This document shows positions 13,128-24,898 of a DNA stretch of 64,000 nucleotides, in pieces. The notes under the pieces were generated by a model, which did not search any database, had not been told where the DNA came from, and saw only the letters and a program-made list of their open reading frames with translations. How positions within the stretch are numbered: position 1 is the first letter of the stretch; each line of letters opens with the position of its first letter. The stretch is from Hydrolagus affinis (Eukaryota), in contig JAAILG010000030.1 of NCBI GenBank assembly GCA_012026655.1, positions 62,001-126,000 of the forward strand, written 5' to 3'. The position numbers and the translations under genes are program-made.

Positions 13128-13212
13128 TTTTGACATGTGTCAGCTGTCAAGGTGCAGTGTCAGTTTCATAACTGAAATTTCATGTCATCTGATTAATGGC
13201 CATAATTAAGAA
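13128..13212. promoter_or_regulatory. Candidate enhancer: PBX-HOX site with a cluster of MEIS/TALE sites
   Basis: TGATTAATGG at 13190-13199, CTGTCA at 13144-13149, five TGACA/TGTCA in about 60 bp, TAATTA downstream. Confidence 0.45.
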
Positions 13213-13325
13213 AAGAACCCAAGCATGTGAGGAGTGCAATGGCTGAAAGTTCTTGTTTTGCAGCCTCGCTTCTCCTACTGCACAGCTCATCCTTCTAAAT
13301 TTAAACTCAATTTTCATCTTTTCAG

Positions 13326-13409
13326 GCAGAAGAGACCAAGTTGCAGCTCAAAGGGGTGCAAGCTGAAATAGAAACCCTGAAAACCAAATGTACTTTTGCA
13401 GAGAACGAG
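13326..13409 (+). CDS. PMFBP1: Exon 5 (28 aa, AEETKLQLKGVQAEIETLKTKCTFAENE)
   Basis: Acceptor ttttcatcttttcag, donor GAG|gtatga; 84 nt. Confidence 0.9.
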
Positions 13410-14532
13410 GTATGAATAATAAAATGGCAATTGGAATAGCAGATTGCACGTAGCAAATGCAAAATCGTATATTATCATTTATAATCATTGTGGGTGGATT
13501 TAGCCTTTTCTTTTTATTGCAGTAGAACTGGAAATAATTGAGTATCCAATGGAACAAAGATTTTTCATGTATTCTGATAACTGTTAATGCTTTGCACTCG
13601 TCTTGTCTAGCTGTCTGGTCTGATCTCCGTGCCAGACAGTCATTGCACTGTGAGTCAGTTTTAATGTCTGGTAAGCACTGTAAATTTCTACAGCTGCCAT
13701 TTTGGAATTATGCACTATAATAGAATGAAGTAAATCTGGGACACATAGTCAAAGAGAGCCACCAACTGGATGCTTTGTGATACTGCAATTATGACGATGG
13801 ACGACAGGGGAAGAAAAACAGATATTTGTAGCTTTTACATTTACCGGTAAATGTGACATTTTGTGCCTGAGTCTCAATGCACACTTTAGATTTGTGATTA
13901 TAGAACAAAATTTATCAGTAAATATATCACGTTCGCGGTTTGCTGATTGTAGAGAAGTTGATCCCTTCCGCCTCGGGTGCTTTTACAGATGAGATTTGTC
14001 TCATAAATTGTATCTAACATTGGGAAATGCACATCCGAACATTTACTTTACAGGGCATCATTGGAGTCGAAGCTGTGGCTTAGTCTTTGTTTTGGTTATA
14101 CTGTCTATCTCAACTTTTAAAATATGCTTTGAAATACAACTGCTTCTTTATTGTAGTAATAATTATTACACTTTTCGAAATGCTTCCTCCACTTGTGCTT
14201 TATTCTGACACGGTTTGGGGACTGCTGCGGAATTCAGGTGTAAAGTCCATAAATATTATCTACAGTGTGGAATGCAAAAACAAATGTATTTCAAAGGGTA
14301 CCAGGAACCCAAACGTAATGTATTGTGGTGGTCTTATATGTATATATATATATATTTTTTAAAAAACAAGGGTACAAAAGAAAAGGAGTAACACAAAAGC
14401 AGATCTTTTGTAGCAATAAGTGGCCACCATTTTTTAAAATATTCAGCAGTAAATTGAGAGCTGCAAACTAAATGAGTCCATTATGGATTAGGTTAGGAAG
14501 ACATGACATGGCTGATATGTTAAGTAGATTTT

Positions 14533-14869
14533 TAATAATAATAATCCTTGCATTTGATCTAGCACTTTTCACATCTTATCGACGTCTCAAAGCGCTTCAC
14601 AGAATATACTGTAAAGTGAATCGACTGTATATATTTGTGGACGAATCGCAGCAGCCAATTGCGCACAGCAGCGTCCCCACAAACAGTCATGGATTGAAAT
14701 GACCAATTTTATTATTGTGTTTTTTTTTTGAGGGATTATTAGGCGCATGGAGTAAGGAAACTTGTCCAAGGTTTCGCCCTGACCTGCCTGGATTCGAACA
14801 CAGGTCTCCCCTGCTTGGTCTCCCCAGCTTGCAAGACAAGTGTTCTAACCACTGAGCCACAGGAGCTCC
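14533..14869 (-). mobile_element. Full-length SINE (dominant family) with a 14-bp internal duplication in the tRNA head
   Basis: Reverse complement of the 439-744 copy; A box tggctcagtgg; ggtctcccc(t/a)gctt twice at 14803-14830; (taa)n tail. Confidence 0.92.
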
Positions 14870-14989
14870 AACTTCCTTCTTTGCATAGAAAAATTGTAGT
14901 AAAATTCCTGACTCATTTGTTCCAACTCAGGAATAATTTACATTAGTGGGAATAAGTAATGTATCTCTGCGATATGAAAAAAGACAAAT

Positions 14990-15825
14990 TAATGAAATGT
15001 AACAAGGCCACCAGGTTTAGGCAAGTTGTTGCCTCGGTAAATTTTAGCTCCCAAAATGTTGAAGCTGTATGTAAGAAATGAAACATTTCATTTCAGAAAT
15101 GTTCAGAAATGTTCTCCTATTATTCAAAAAGGGATTGAGACATGATCTTGGAAACTGTATACCAGTTAATCTAACAACATCTGTAGGGGGAGAATACTTG
15201 AGTTGCCTTATTCAGGATCTTATTGATGTGCATCCAAACAGCATAGTGCCTATATGTTATTATCAGTGTGACTTCAGCAGTGGATTATGAGAGAAAATGT
15301 TAATGTAGCTATTAACATAGATAAATGTAAGTAATGCACATTGGAAAAGTAACCCATGAACATGTGTACATGCTGAAGATGTGTTCATTAGCTGAGGCAG
15401 CAAGGATTTGTGCGATTATTGATCATTCACTGAAGGTTTCCAGTCAATATGAAGCTGTTATCAGCAAAGCTAATCAAATACTTGAATGGATCTCAAAAGC
15501 AGTTTACTACAACTCAGAAGAACTTATTCTAACCTGGCATAGATCACTGTGAGTCTACGTTTAGAATATTGTGTGCTGTTTAAACATCCCACCATCTAGG
15601 GGCTATTACTGTATTAAAGATGGTTCAGAGAAGAGGAATAGGGATGATCTAAAAGTCGCTTTCACTGAGGAAGAGAAGATTGAGGGGGATATGTTCCAGG
15701 TCTTTAAAGTGATGATAGGCATAGATGATATAGATTTAAGCAGGCTGTTTCAGTTTGACAGCAAATGCAGCTCTAAGAGACATAGGATTAAAATGAGCAG
15801 CATCAAGTCTAGAGAAGACTTTCAC
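14990..15825 (+). mobile_element. Degenerate, internally deleted CR1 LINE ORF2
   Basis: LFKKGLRHDLGNCIPVNLT; MHIGK; IIDHSLKVSSQYEAVISKANQILEWISK; GDMFQVFKVMIGIDDID, all CR1 reverse-transcriptase region motifs, with stops and frameshifts. Confidence 0.88.
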
Positions 15826-17565
15826 TCAATGGTTCTTATTCCAATGATTCCAATATGGACTGTAAGGAAGGGACATTTTTGTCTTTGAATTGAAGCAGGC
15901 TTGGGGTTGAATAATGCACTATATCAAATACAAAAAATGTATACAACTCATCCTATAAGACACCATTTTGAGCCACCAAAGCTTCCCTCTCTATCCTGTG
16001 GTTGGTTCGGGCCCGTGGAGCAGTGGTCTATTGGAGGCCTGTGACAGGATAAGGCTGGAGGCCATGACGTGGTCTTCCAATAGATCAGAGGCCACTAAGT
16101 TGCATCAGAGCATCCATATCCTACTACAGTACCATCTCACTTATCTCACTGAACTCTTTTCCCTCAGAGTGACGCGTTATCTGGAGTTTACTGTATGTTT
16201 TCATACCACCATACCAGTTGTTTTTTACTCCTTTGAATGTACAGGTCAGGTTTTGGTCCTAAAGTTGCAACATAAACATGTGCAGAAGTGCCTTCTGTTA
16301 GTTTTTTTTTGTAATGTGTTCAAGGTACAGTATTTATTCACCTGTTTAGTTCTACTATCAATATCTTTATCTAAATTCTTTCAAGTTATGACGTTATTTC
16401 ATACACTTGAAAGGATAAATATTGCTGTTTTCAGACCCACTGATATGGTACTGTATAACATACTGGTATCATTCACCTTGAATGTAGCAGTAGTTCCGTT
16501 CCATGCTAGGTTTTGTTGATGCACTTCAATGTAATCAAAGTGAACAGATAAACTAAAACTTTGCTCTCCAGGAGCATAATTGGGAGATGCGAGTATTATT
16601 CTAGACTATGATTCTACCTTGTCATTACTTTGTTTTCAATTTAGAATTTTTTTTTAAAAATGGTTGATTGCTTGGCAATCAATTAAAAAAAAATCGTGTG
16701 AAAATAAACTTAGCTCACCAGAATAAGAGAATAGAAGACATGAGAGGACACAACTGAATGCATGAGATATTTAGCATTTTTGATGATGCTTCAGCCAGTA
16801 CCTTTGCTTGAATGGTGGTGTATTAAACTAATTTAGCTTTTGAATTTTAGTAACACAGGTTAGGTTTTTATTTGAAACCATTAATTTCTTTCCCACTATC
16901 TGTCTACAGCAATCAATTTTTAAGGTATCCATTTAATATTCCTAAAAATACACTAATGAGAGACTGGTGTTGTGAACAACTAACATTACTGATATAATCA
17001 CATGACTATCATGATTCATTCAGTCACCACAAAGTAAATATATTGCAGTTAATTATTGGAGCCTGGAATGAGCTTTGGATTGATTTATGAACTGAGTAGA
17101 TACATTCCGCAACACATTTTTCTTAATTTGTTTTTAATGAGTCTTTCAATTAATTTTCCTGGAAACATCTTAATGATGTTCACCACGGGTGTTGATGAGA
17201 ATTTGTGTGGTTATGACATTAAGCATATTTTCACAGAAGATGATCCACATTCAGGTTTTCAGGAACTGGATTCTATAAAAGTTAAGTTGAAAACATATTG
17301 CTAATACCGTGTCGGCAGCGGTAATACACATTTGATTGTTGATAGTAGAAAATGCTGGCCATTTAAGGTAACATTTAATTCATTGTAGGCCAGTAGTTTT
17401 TATGCTGTTACCAAAAAATAGTATCCTTCATTCTGAGAGAATAGTTGGATCACCAGTAAAGAATGCTGTGCAAGGAATTCAGTAATGATGTGGAACCTTT
17501 AATGGCGGGGGCGTAGTTTTTTTCCTTGTAGTTGGTTTAATGTTAGTTTTATTATCTTCTCGTTG

Positions 17566-17584
17566 ATGCCATTAGATGGCACAT
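17566..17584 (+). promoter_or_regulatory. CTCF-like motif
   Basis: ATGCCATTAGATGGCACAT versus core CCACTAGATGGCAC. Confidence 0.35.
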
Positions 17585-19539
17585 AGACAGGGAAGATTAG
17601 AGTCCATAGTGGCTCTTTGTCCTTAACTGAAGTGAAGTTAATAACATCTCACTGTCTGTGACAGAAGATTAGAGTTGATAGTGTGATGTCAGTATTGGTG
17701 CACTGGAAGATACTATCGTCTGGTCTGACTAGAATCAGATGTTCCTCTCTATAGTTTGATTTCTGTGTAACTCCAAGATCATTTTTATAGTTGGAAATTT
17801 GCTATAAATTCTGATTAATTGATATCACTGCTAAATTATACTCATGTGCTTTCACAATCTCCTTTTCTTTTTTGTTTATTGAATCCCAACCTTTTAATGT
17901 ATCCAATATTACAGCAGTGACTTGTGCAAAATGGTAATATTCTGGTGCAGTCGAGTATTCCTTGAGTGAAGCGAAACCATGAACTTCTGGACCACTATGA
18001 ATCCCAGTTCATACTATGTACAGTACTTTGCTTTGAATTGACATAAAATGGAGCTGATTTGATGACAAGAATTCAGTATAAATCTGGTTTCAGACATGTG
18101 ATCATGAAGCAATTGAGTTGGTCCCAACCTTCTGAATTCTCTTGTGGAAATAGTTTGCCAGAAAATTGATTTGCATCACTAGTATAAAAGCGAGCAGTGC
18201 GAATCAATTTGTTGCCCACTCTAAAATAGTTTCTGAAAAGAAGTTTTAACCGGCAGTCCTCAGTATATTAAAGACCTCGTCATGCGACTGTCTCTTTAAT
18301 AATATGAAATAAATGTTCTGTATTGGTGTCAAGAGTGTAGAAATCTCAGCCTTGTGTGGTTTGGGAGTAAGAAATATAAATCCAGTTTTCCACTCCTAAT
18401 CACTTTACTGCAGTATAAGTAGAGCATTGGTGTATGTACACCAACATCTAGGATAAGATATGCTGGGTGGAGAAAGGGGACTTTACCTTGCATCTAGCTA
18501 ATACTGTATATCACCAAGGTAATATTGACACTGAGTAAAATATGTGAAAAACATTCCATAGATGGACTCAGCACAAACGTTTGAACAATAGAGAAAAATC
18601 ACAATAAACCTACATAAACCTTTTGAACAGTATTCAATTCATGGATGTCTGTCTCTCTGTCTAAGAGACTAAAGACAACCTTTTTCAATTTTATCGGACC
18701 AACTGGTTGGACTACATTTTCACTGGAAAACACTCAGTGGAGTGAAATAGCGGACTTTCAAATCTTTAATATTCTCCATTGGGCTAAACAATGGCGTAAA
18801 ACACCTTAAACTGAAGCCGTTCCCGAAAATTGAAAATTCAAGAGTTGAAGCCTAAGTACCTATTCAGATCTCCTTTTAAAAGCCTGTAATTTTCCTAAAG
18901 ATATATTTTTCATGGGCATGAATAGAACCCCTGATGTAACACAAAATTCCGCTCTGGAAGAAAAGCCAAGGTTGTTCTGGGGGTCAAATAATTTAACAGA
19001 TCCGTTCTAAGAAATGAGAGGGTCTGTCTGAAAGCCTAAAAGCAATTTAAATGTAAAATCATTCAATTGAGGAGTAAGAATAAAATCATAAGATCTAAAA
19101 CTTAAAAACAGCCTTAAATAATGCTTCAAGAGGTCTCTACGCTGATTGTTAAACAGAAAAAATAATAATTGCCCTCTTCCTAAATCCTGAACCCTGTGCT
19201 AAAGTAGGCAAGCGTCTTCAAAAAAAAAAGAAATGTAACACAATTTTTTGAAAGAGGTGAATTTACAAAGACCATATCCAATCCAACACCCTCTTAAGAA
19301 ATCAAAAACTTGGCTTTTTAAATCTAGGAAGTTTTTGTCAGAATATTAACTTAAAAGTTAAATGACTATTTTTGCAAAAATCAAAAACCTTTACCAATCC
19401 AATGTTTGTTTTGTTGTGGTCAGCTGGATGCCTTAATACATGTGGTAACCAATCACCATGCTTGAAGAGTATCCAAACCAAACTGAGAGTTCCATGCATC
19501 CCACCTACATATGGAATTTCCTGTGTGGAAATGGAAGGA

Positions 19540-19690
19540 ATTTTTACAGCTCGAAACAAACACCAGCTTTTGATCCTATCATCTGATGTGAAGAAAGCAT
19601 TTGACCATGCAAAGTGGAAGCTCTTCATTATGTCTTGGGAAAATGATCTTTGGGCTTTCCACTTAGGTTCTTTGCAGCTAATCCCACATT
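19540..19690 (+). mobile_element. L1-clade reverse transcriptase fragment
   Basis: LILSSDVKKAFDHAKWKLF resembles the L1 motif lSlDAEKAFDrveW. Confidence 0.6.
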
Positions 19691-19725
19691 AGCCTCAAAT
19701 TAAATCACGATCACCCAGAAGCATG

Positions 19726-19824
19726 TGATTCGGCATCCCTTTGTGGAACTTACTGCAGCTCCTTGGGATGTCCTCCTGACATGAAAGGCGCTGTGTAAGT
19801 GCAAGTTGTTGCCGTTATTATTAT
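19726..19824 (+). mobile_element. L2-type 3' tail
   Basis: ccttgggatgtcctcctgacatgaaaggcgctgtgtaagtgcaagttgttg. Confidence 0.75.
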
Positions 19825-20340
19825 AATGCTGTAAGAGATGTTAGTAGGAACAGTAATAGGAACCTAGCAAGATAGGAAGCTGGCAGTGCAAATGAATGAA
19901 CACGTCTATGGTACTTGATGGGTTAATGTTTTTGGAGCATGCAGTGTGATGTAGTCTGGAAAATGATGTTTCTTTGATTTGTTTTCTACCAGTTTCTTTG
20001 CCAATCCATTTTTCAGAAATCATTTTGGTGCTGAGATGGAAGGGAATGAGGAGAGTTAATATACCATTTATTTATGAACTCACCATAGCAGTATCTGTAG
20101 ATATATATTCTTTATTTGTTCCCGACGATAATAATAAATAAATGCTACAATTCTATGAAATTGTATCGTATCCACTTCATTTTAATTAAAAATGTGAACT
20201 GTAAAGGGTGATTAAACAATCTTAATTAATTTGAGTCAATGGCCTAAGATTTTCCCCAGTGTTTTTGCTATATTTTAGGGTAATTACAATAGAAGGTTTG
20301 ACAAATGAAAAATCATAATTGTTTTGGGAATTCCAGGATT

Positions 20341-21490
20341 AAGCTAGCCTAACAAAAGCGTTTAATTAGTCTAAGCACAGCTTTAATTAAAGTTTGTTTT
20401 GGTTGAGGTCAGTTTGTTTTCGATGATGTTACAATCAATGTCAGGATGAAATGTGCAAGAGAAGGGCATTTTTACCAGCCAACAAATCCCAAGATAAAAT
20501 TGATCATGACTATTTGTAGGACATTGTTATGCCTAAATTGGGTGTCATATTCCCCTACAAATACAGTTTGTGAAATGTTTTAATATAATCTGCACCATAT
20601 CAAACTCAAGAGCTTAGAAAACACTTCAAATTACGCTACTTATGTTTCCTGTAGAAGAATATAACAAATCCTTAATTGAGGCCAGGAAAAGCATTAAAAA
20701 TAATGGATAATGTGAATGGACAACAACAAAAGGATTATAATTCATTCTATGCCAAACATCATTGAGTTCAAATAGTCAGAATTTTCTGAACCAAAGAATC
20801 AACAATGCATATATAAAATAAAAACACTAGGTTAAGTAAGGCACTCCAATCAGAATTCTGTAATCTATTAACTAAAACAATCCATATGTCTGCAACTGCA
20901 TAATAGAAAATACACTGAAATGTCAAACGTAAAGGTTGCAGTTAACTTAGTTGTTTAATCGGCTATAGCAATTATTACAAACAATGGTACACAAGTTCAA
21001 AATTAATAGAAATAGAAATGACCTACTTGCTATGTCAACAAGAACCAGAGGAAAACACATGAAAATAAAGGACACCCAATTGAGTAATCCTTAAGGAGTT
21101 ATTCCTGACTCCCAGAAATAATTTAATGAAAGATTGTTTCAGTTTTTTTTGTATCAACAATTTATCGTCATTTTCTATGGTGTAATGATGCTCGGGTTCA
21201 GTAGAGAGCTTATGTACTTTGGAGTGATGGGACGCAGGTTCAATTTCTCACTCTGTTTCCTGATCTTTGAATATATCACTGTGTTGTCCATAATGTTAAA
21301 ACATTTCAAATATTTTATTGCATCTTAATGTGCAGAAGTGAAAACTCTACAAGCTAGTCTAACACAAGTGTTTAATTAGTGTAAGCAACTTAAGTGTGAG
21401 TTGCTCTTATTGTTTCGGTGGAGGTCTGTCTGTTCCATATGATGTTAATATCAATGTCAGAATGAAGTCTGCAAGAGGAGCGCGTTTAAG
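20341..21490 (+). repeat. Diverged direct repeat pair of about 130 bp (20341-20470 and 21351-21490), 1010 bp apart
   Basis: Both copies read aagctagYctaacaMaagYgtttaattagt...gaggtc...atgatgtta...atcaatgtcagRatgaa...tgcaagag. Confidence 0.85.
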
Positions 21491-22664
21491 TCCACTTCTA
21501 AAGCCATGCCAGCCAAATGTTGTTATCCATAAAAGGTTTGGTAAGTGTATCAAAAAACTTAATTTTAAAAAGTTTTACAGATTGTTGCAAAGTTAATTAA
21601 TTATTAGCTGGTGTAAAACAGAATTCTTTCACCAATAACTGAATATTGGTAAAACTGTTATTCAATACAAGAACCGAAATAACAAACTTTATAAACTATA
21701 CCCGTACATTTTGTGCTGATGTTAAATGCTGATGAGATACTGGTTATTTGCTTGTTGATTTCAACTGAAGGGATTAAATTAACATTGAAGGTCAAACTGT
21801 TTTACACTCAAGAGTTGTACAGGTGAAATGCTACATTGATATAATTTTTTCAATAAAAATAAACGGTGAAATTATTGAGAGTGGAACAAAAAATAATATA
21901 ATATTTGGTTCATTTCAAATTTTTAAATCAGGAAAACAAATTTTCCATTTTACGTAGTGTTTATGAGAATGTGTCTTTTTGGGTTGCAAAACTATGGCTT
22001 TGCACTGTTTGCAGCTAAGGTAAAGTTTTGATTGGCTGCAGACCTATTTATGTGGTGGGTTGGCAAGGTCTGATGGCAGATGTTTGTCATACTTTGCAAA
22101 CCATACATCTTGCATTTTCATTAGTTTTTATTCCAAAATAAAGCAACTGAGACCACAAAGTGTACCCATTTTTTGATGTGGAAAGTTTTAATATTGGTTG
22201 TGTGATTTACTTCAGTATTAGGTAACCAAGGAAATAGTATTTTGACCTAGGGGATTGATTAAAAGACCGTATAGACGAGTCTATAGTGGTCTTAGGAATA
22301 TACAAGAGTATTTTGGCAGCTGTACACAACACAGATATTGAGGAATGGTCTCTGAGTCAAATTTGGCAGCTACCTGTTTGACAGTGTTCATTGCCCAAAT
22401 GTGTGTGCAAAGGACAGCACAGGCAATTTTTAAAAGATACCTTATGAACTTTATGGACAATTATGCTTTTTGTATATTTGCTTTAAACGGTTCAGTGAAT
22501 CTCTCCATTCATAAATATTGTGGCAGATAAGATTGAAGCACCATAGTTGCTGATGTCAAGAGAAAATGAAGTATATGGCAAGGAAAGGAAATATAGCAGA
22601 AAAGCATAGCATTCATTTGAAATTAATTTTATACAGCAACTTTTTTGAAACTTTTGAAATTTGT

Positions 22665-22824
22665 TATAATAATAATCCTTGCATTTGATATAACGCTTTT
22701 CACATCTGATTGACGTCTCAAGGCGGTTCACAGAATATACTGTAAAGTGAATTAAATGTATATTTGTGGGCGAAACGCAGCAGCCAATTTCACACAGCAG
22801 TGTCCCACAAACGGTCGTGGATTG
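22665..22824 (-). mobile_element. 5'-truncated SINE (dominant family)
   Basis: aataatccttgcatttgatataacgcttttcac...cagcagtgtcccacaaac. Confidence 0.9.
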
Positions 22825-24084
22825 TGTAACATCTCTTGACACACACAAGATGTATGGCTTAGGAGGCTATTCAGTATCTACATCAGTTAATCAAAATCTG
22901 AAATTCGAGTTCTATACGTTAACATTTTTTTTAAAGTCAGAGATTTCGGTAAAATGGCCCAATTATTGAAAATGCTGTAGAGTAGATTATTATTATATAT
23001 TTTTATTTAGTGGGAAACACAATGTCTGATAATCAGCGGTTTCATTTGGCATCCCAATTTTTCAGAAAAGCTTTCCCTTGCGCATTGTTTTATGAAATAG
23101 CGCAAAGTTGGCTCAGTATAAACCTTAACCAGTAACGGTGCAACTGAAATAGCCATTCTCATTGTACTGTCTGTTGTACTGTCTGCAGTATATAAACCAC
23201 GTGGCGACGGGTTTGATGATAATCTTTGGCTCATTCTCACTTCTTTCTGTATTTTTATACAATCTTTAAAAAGATTACACAATTAATAGCAGATTGAAAT
23301 AGGCATAATGGAAATGGGACAAGAGAATGGCTAGAATATTTATTGGAGCCACCTACGCAGCTTAAAATGGCCATCCGAGCAAATATACCCTCACTTTAGT
23401 TACCAAAATAATTCTGTGGATTCTTCAGACAGTGTAGGGGAGGCAAAAAGCAAATAAAGCCCCGACCAGTCTCAACTAGTTCAAATGTGTCATCACCAAG
23501 CAGAATGAGTTAGATGAATGCAATGTTTATCAAAACCATGCCACTAATCCCCCCCACCCCGAGTTGAACTTTGTAACTTGATCTATTTATAAATGTTAAC
23601 ATGATATACATTAGTGCAGCTAATGTGTGCCAAAACTTGAACACCTGTTGGAAAAATAGCTGCGGTAATGCTGGAAATGACTAGTGAAACAAACAGTATC
23701 CCCAAGGTAGACGTGCTCGGACACCCTGGCTTTGTTAAGCTAATAATTACTGGTGAATTGAAATGCTTAATTTTTAGTTTCTGGGCACTTCATCTCATTA
23801 AATTAACTTGTGGCGCCACCACAACTGTATCAGACAATTGCAAATTACAAATCTATTATTATCTTTGGCAGCGAAGTATCAACTCTTAACTTGTGTATGA
23901 ATATCTCTAAAGGAACCCTACTGTATACTGTGCATAGCACATACAAGAGCTTCATAGTCTGAAATCTGACCTCCCGACAATCTGTCTTCTCTTTATCAAG
24001 ATGTCTTTTGAATGGCTGCTGAGTTCAATTCATCAGTTGCATTTATATTCATTATGTTACCCAGCATTCTTCTCTGTGGCTATC

Positions 24085-24260
24085 ACGTCTTCAAGACGTC
24101 TCCACCATTGGTGAGTGGGTCCCTTCTGCTTTTCTGCCCCCATCCTCTGCAACTCCATCTCGAATCCTTCTGTCTAACCCCCCCTCTAGCCGCCTTCAAG
24201 GCGCATCTCAAGACATTACTCTTTGACCATGCCTTCAGCCACGCTCCCCCCTACCCTCCA
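24085..24260 (+). mobile_element. L2 ORF2 3' end fragment
   Basis: LAAFKAHLKTLLFDHAFSH, an L2 C-terminal motif. Confidence 0.75.
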
Positions 24261-24703
24261 ACCCTCTTGATTCCAATCCCCCATTCCCATACCATCAAGG
24301 TGTAAATATCCTTTATCCCAAATCCTGTAGGACTATCAAATTCCAACGATAGAAATTGACCTCTACAATTGTAGGAGAAAAAAGTTGAGATGGAAATTTG
24401 CTATATGGTATGTATTAAAAAATGATCATGGAAACCCTTAAGTAAATTTAGGACTATAATCCAATCTGCCAGATTGACGTCATCAGAAGCCTTTCATTGC
24501 ATTACTGCCTTGTAATTCACTTACAGATATCCATTCTCCTCTATTTTTTCACTTTGGTGAAATAAGAATGCAATGCAGCAAAAAATCTAATGTGCAGACC
24601 CAGAATGTACATCATTTGACCAATCTAGAGCTTTTATCTTAAAGGCAATAGTGAAATTAACACTTTACCTTTCCACACCGACCGCTGTCAAAGAAAAAAA
24701 AGC

Positions 24704-24898
24704 ATAACGACAACAACTTGGATTTATATAGTGCCCTCCACGCCAGGCGGCGTCTCAGAGCGCTTCACAATCACGGAGCCCGAGCCGTGGGGAGGGGGAA
24801 GGTGACCGTAGGAGCGGTTGAACAGTGAGGTCTTCAGGAGCGACCGGAAAATGGGAAAGGAGTGGTTGAGGCAGAGGGATTGGGGGAGGGAGCGGCGT
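24704..24898 (-). mobile_element. L2 3' end, CpG-rich (relatively young)
   Basis: (caa)n tail, ctcagagcgcttcaca; minus translation SLPQSLCLNHSFPIFRSLLKTSLFNRSYGH; same tail at 42490-42553. Confidence 0.8.

Noticed and set aside
15968-16519. Longest ORF in the track (183 aa)
   Set aside because: Non-ATG start, no recognisable domain, no splice signals; composition typical of random intron translation.
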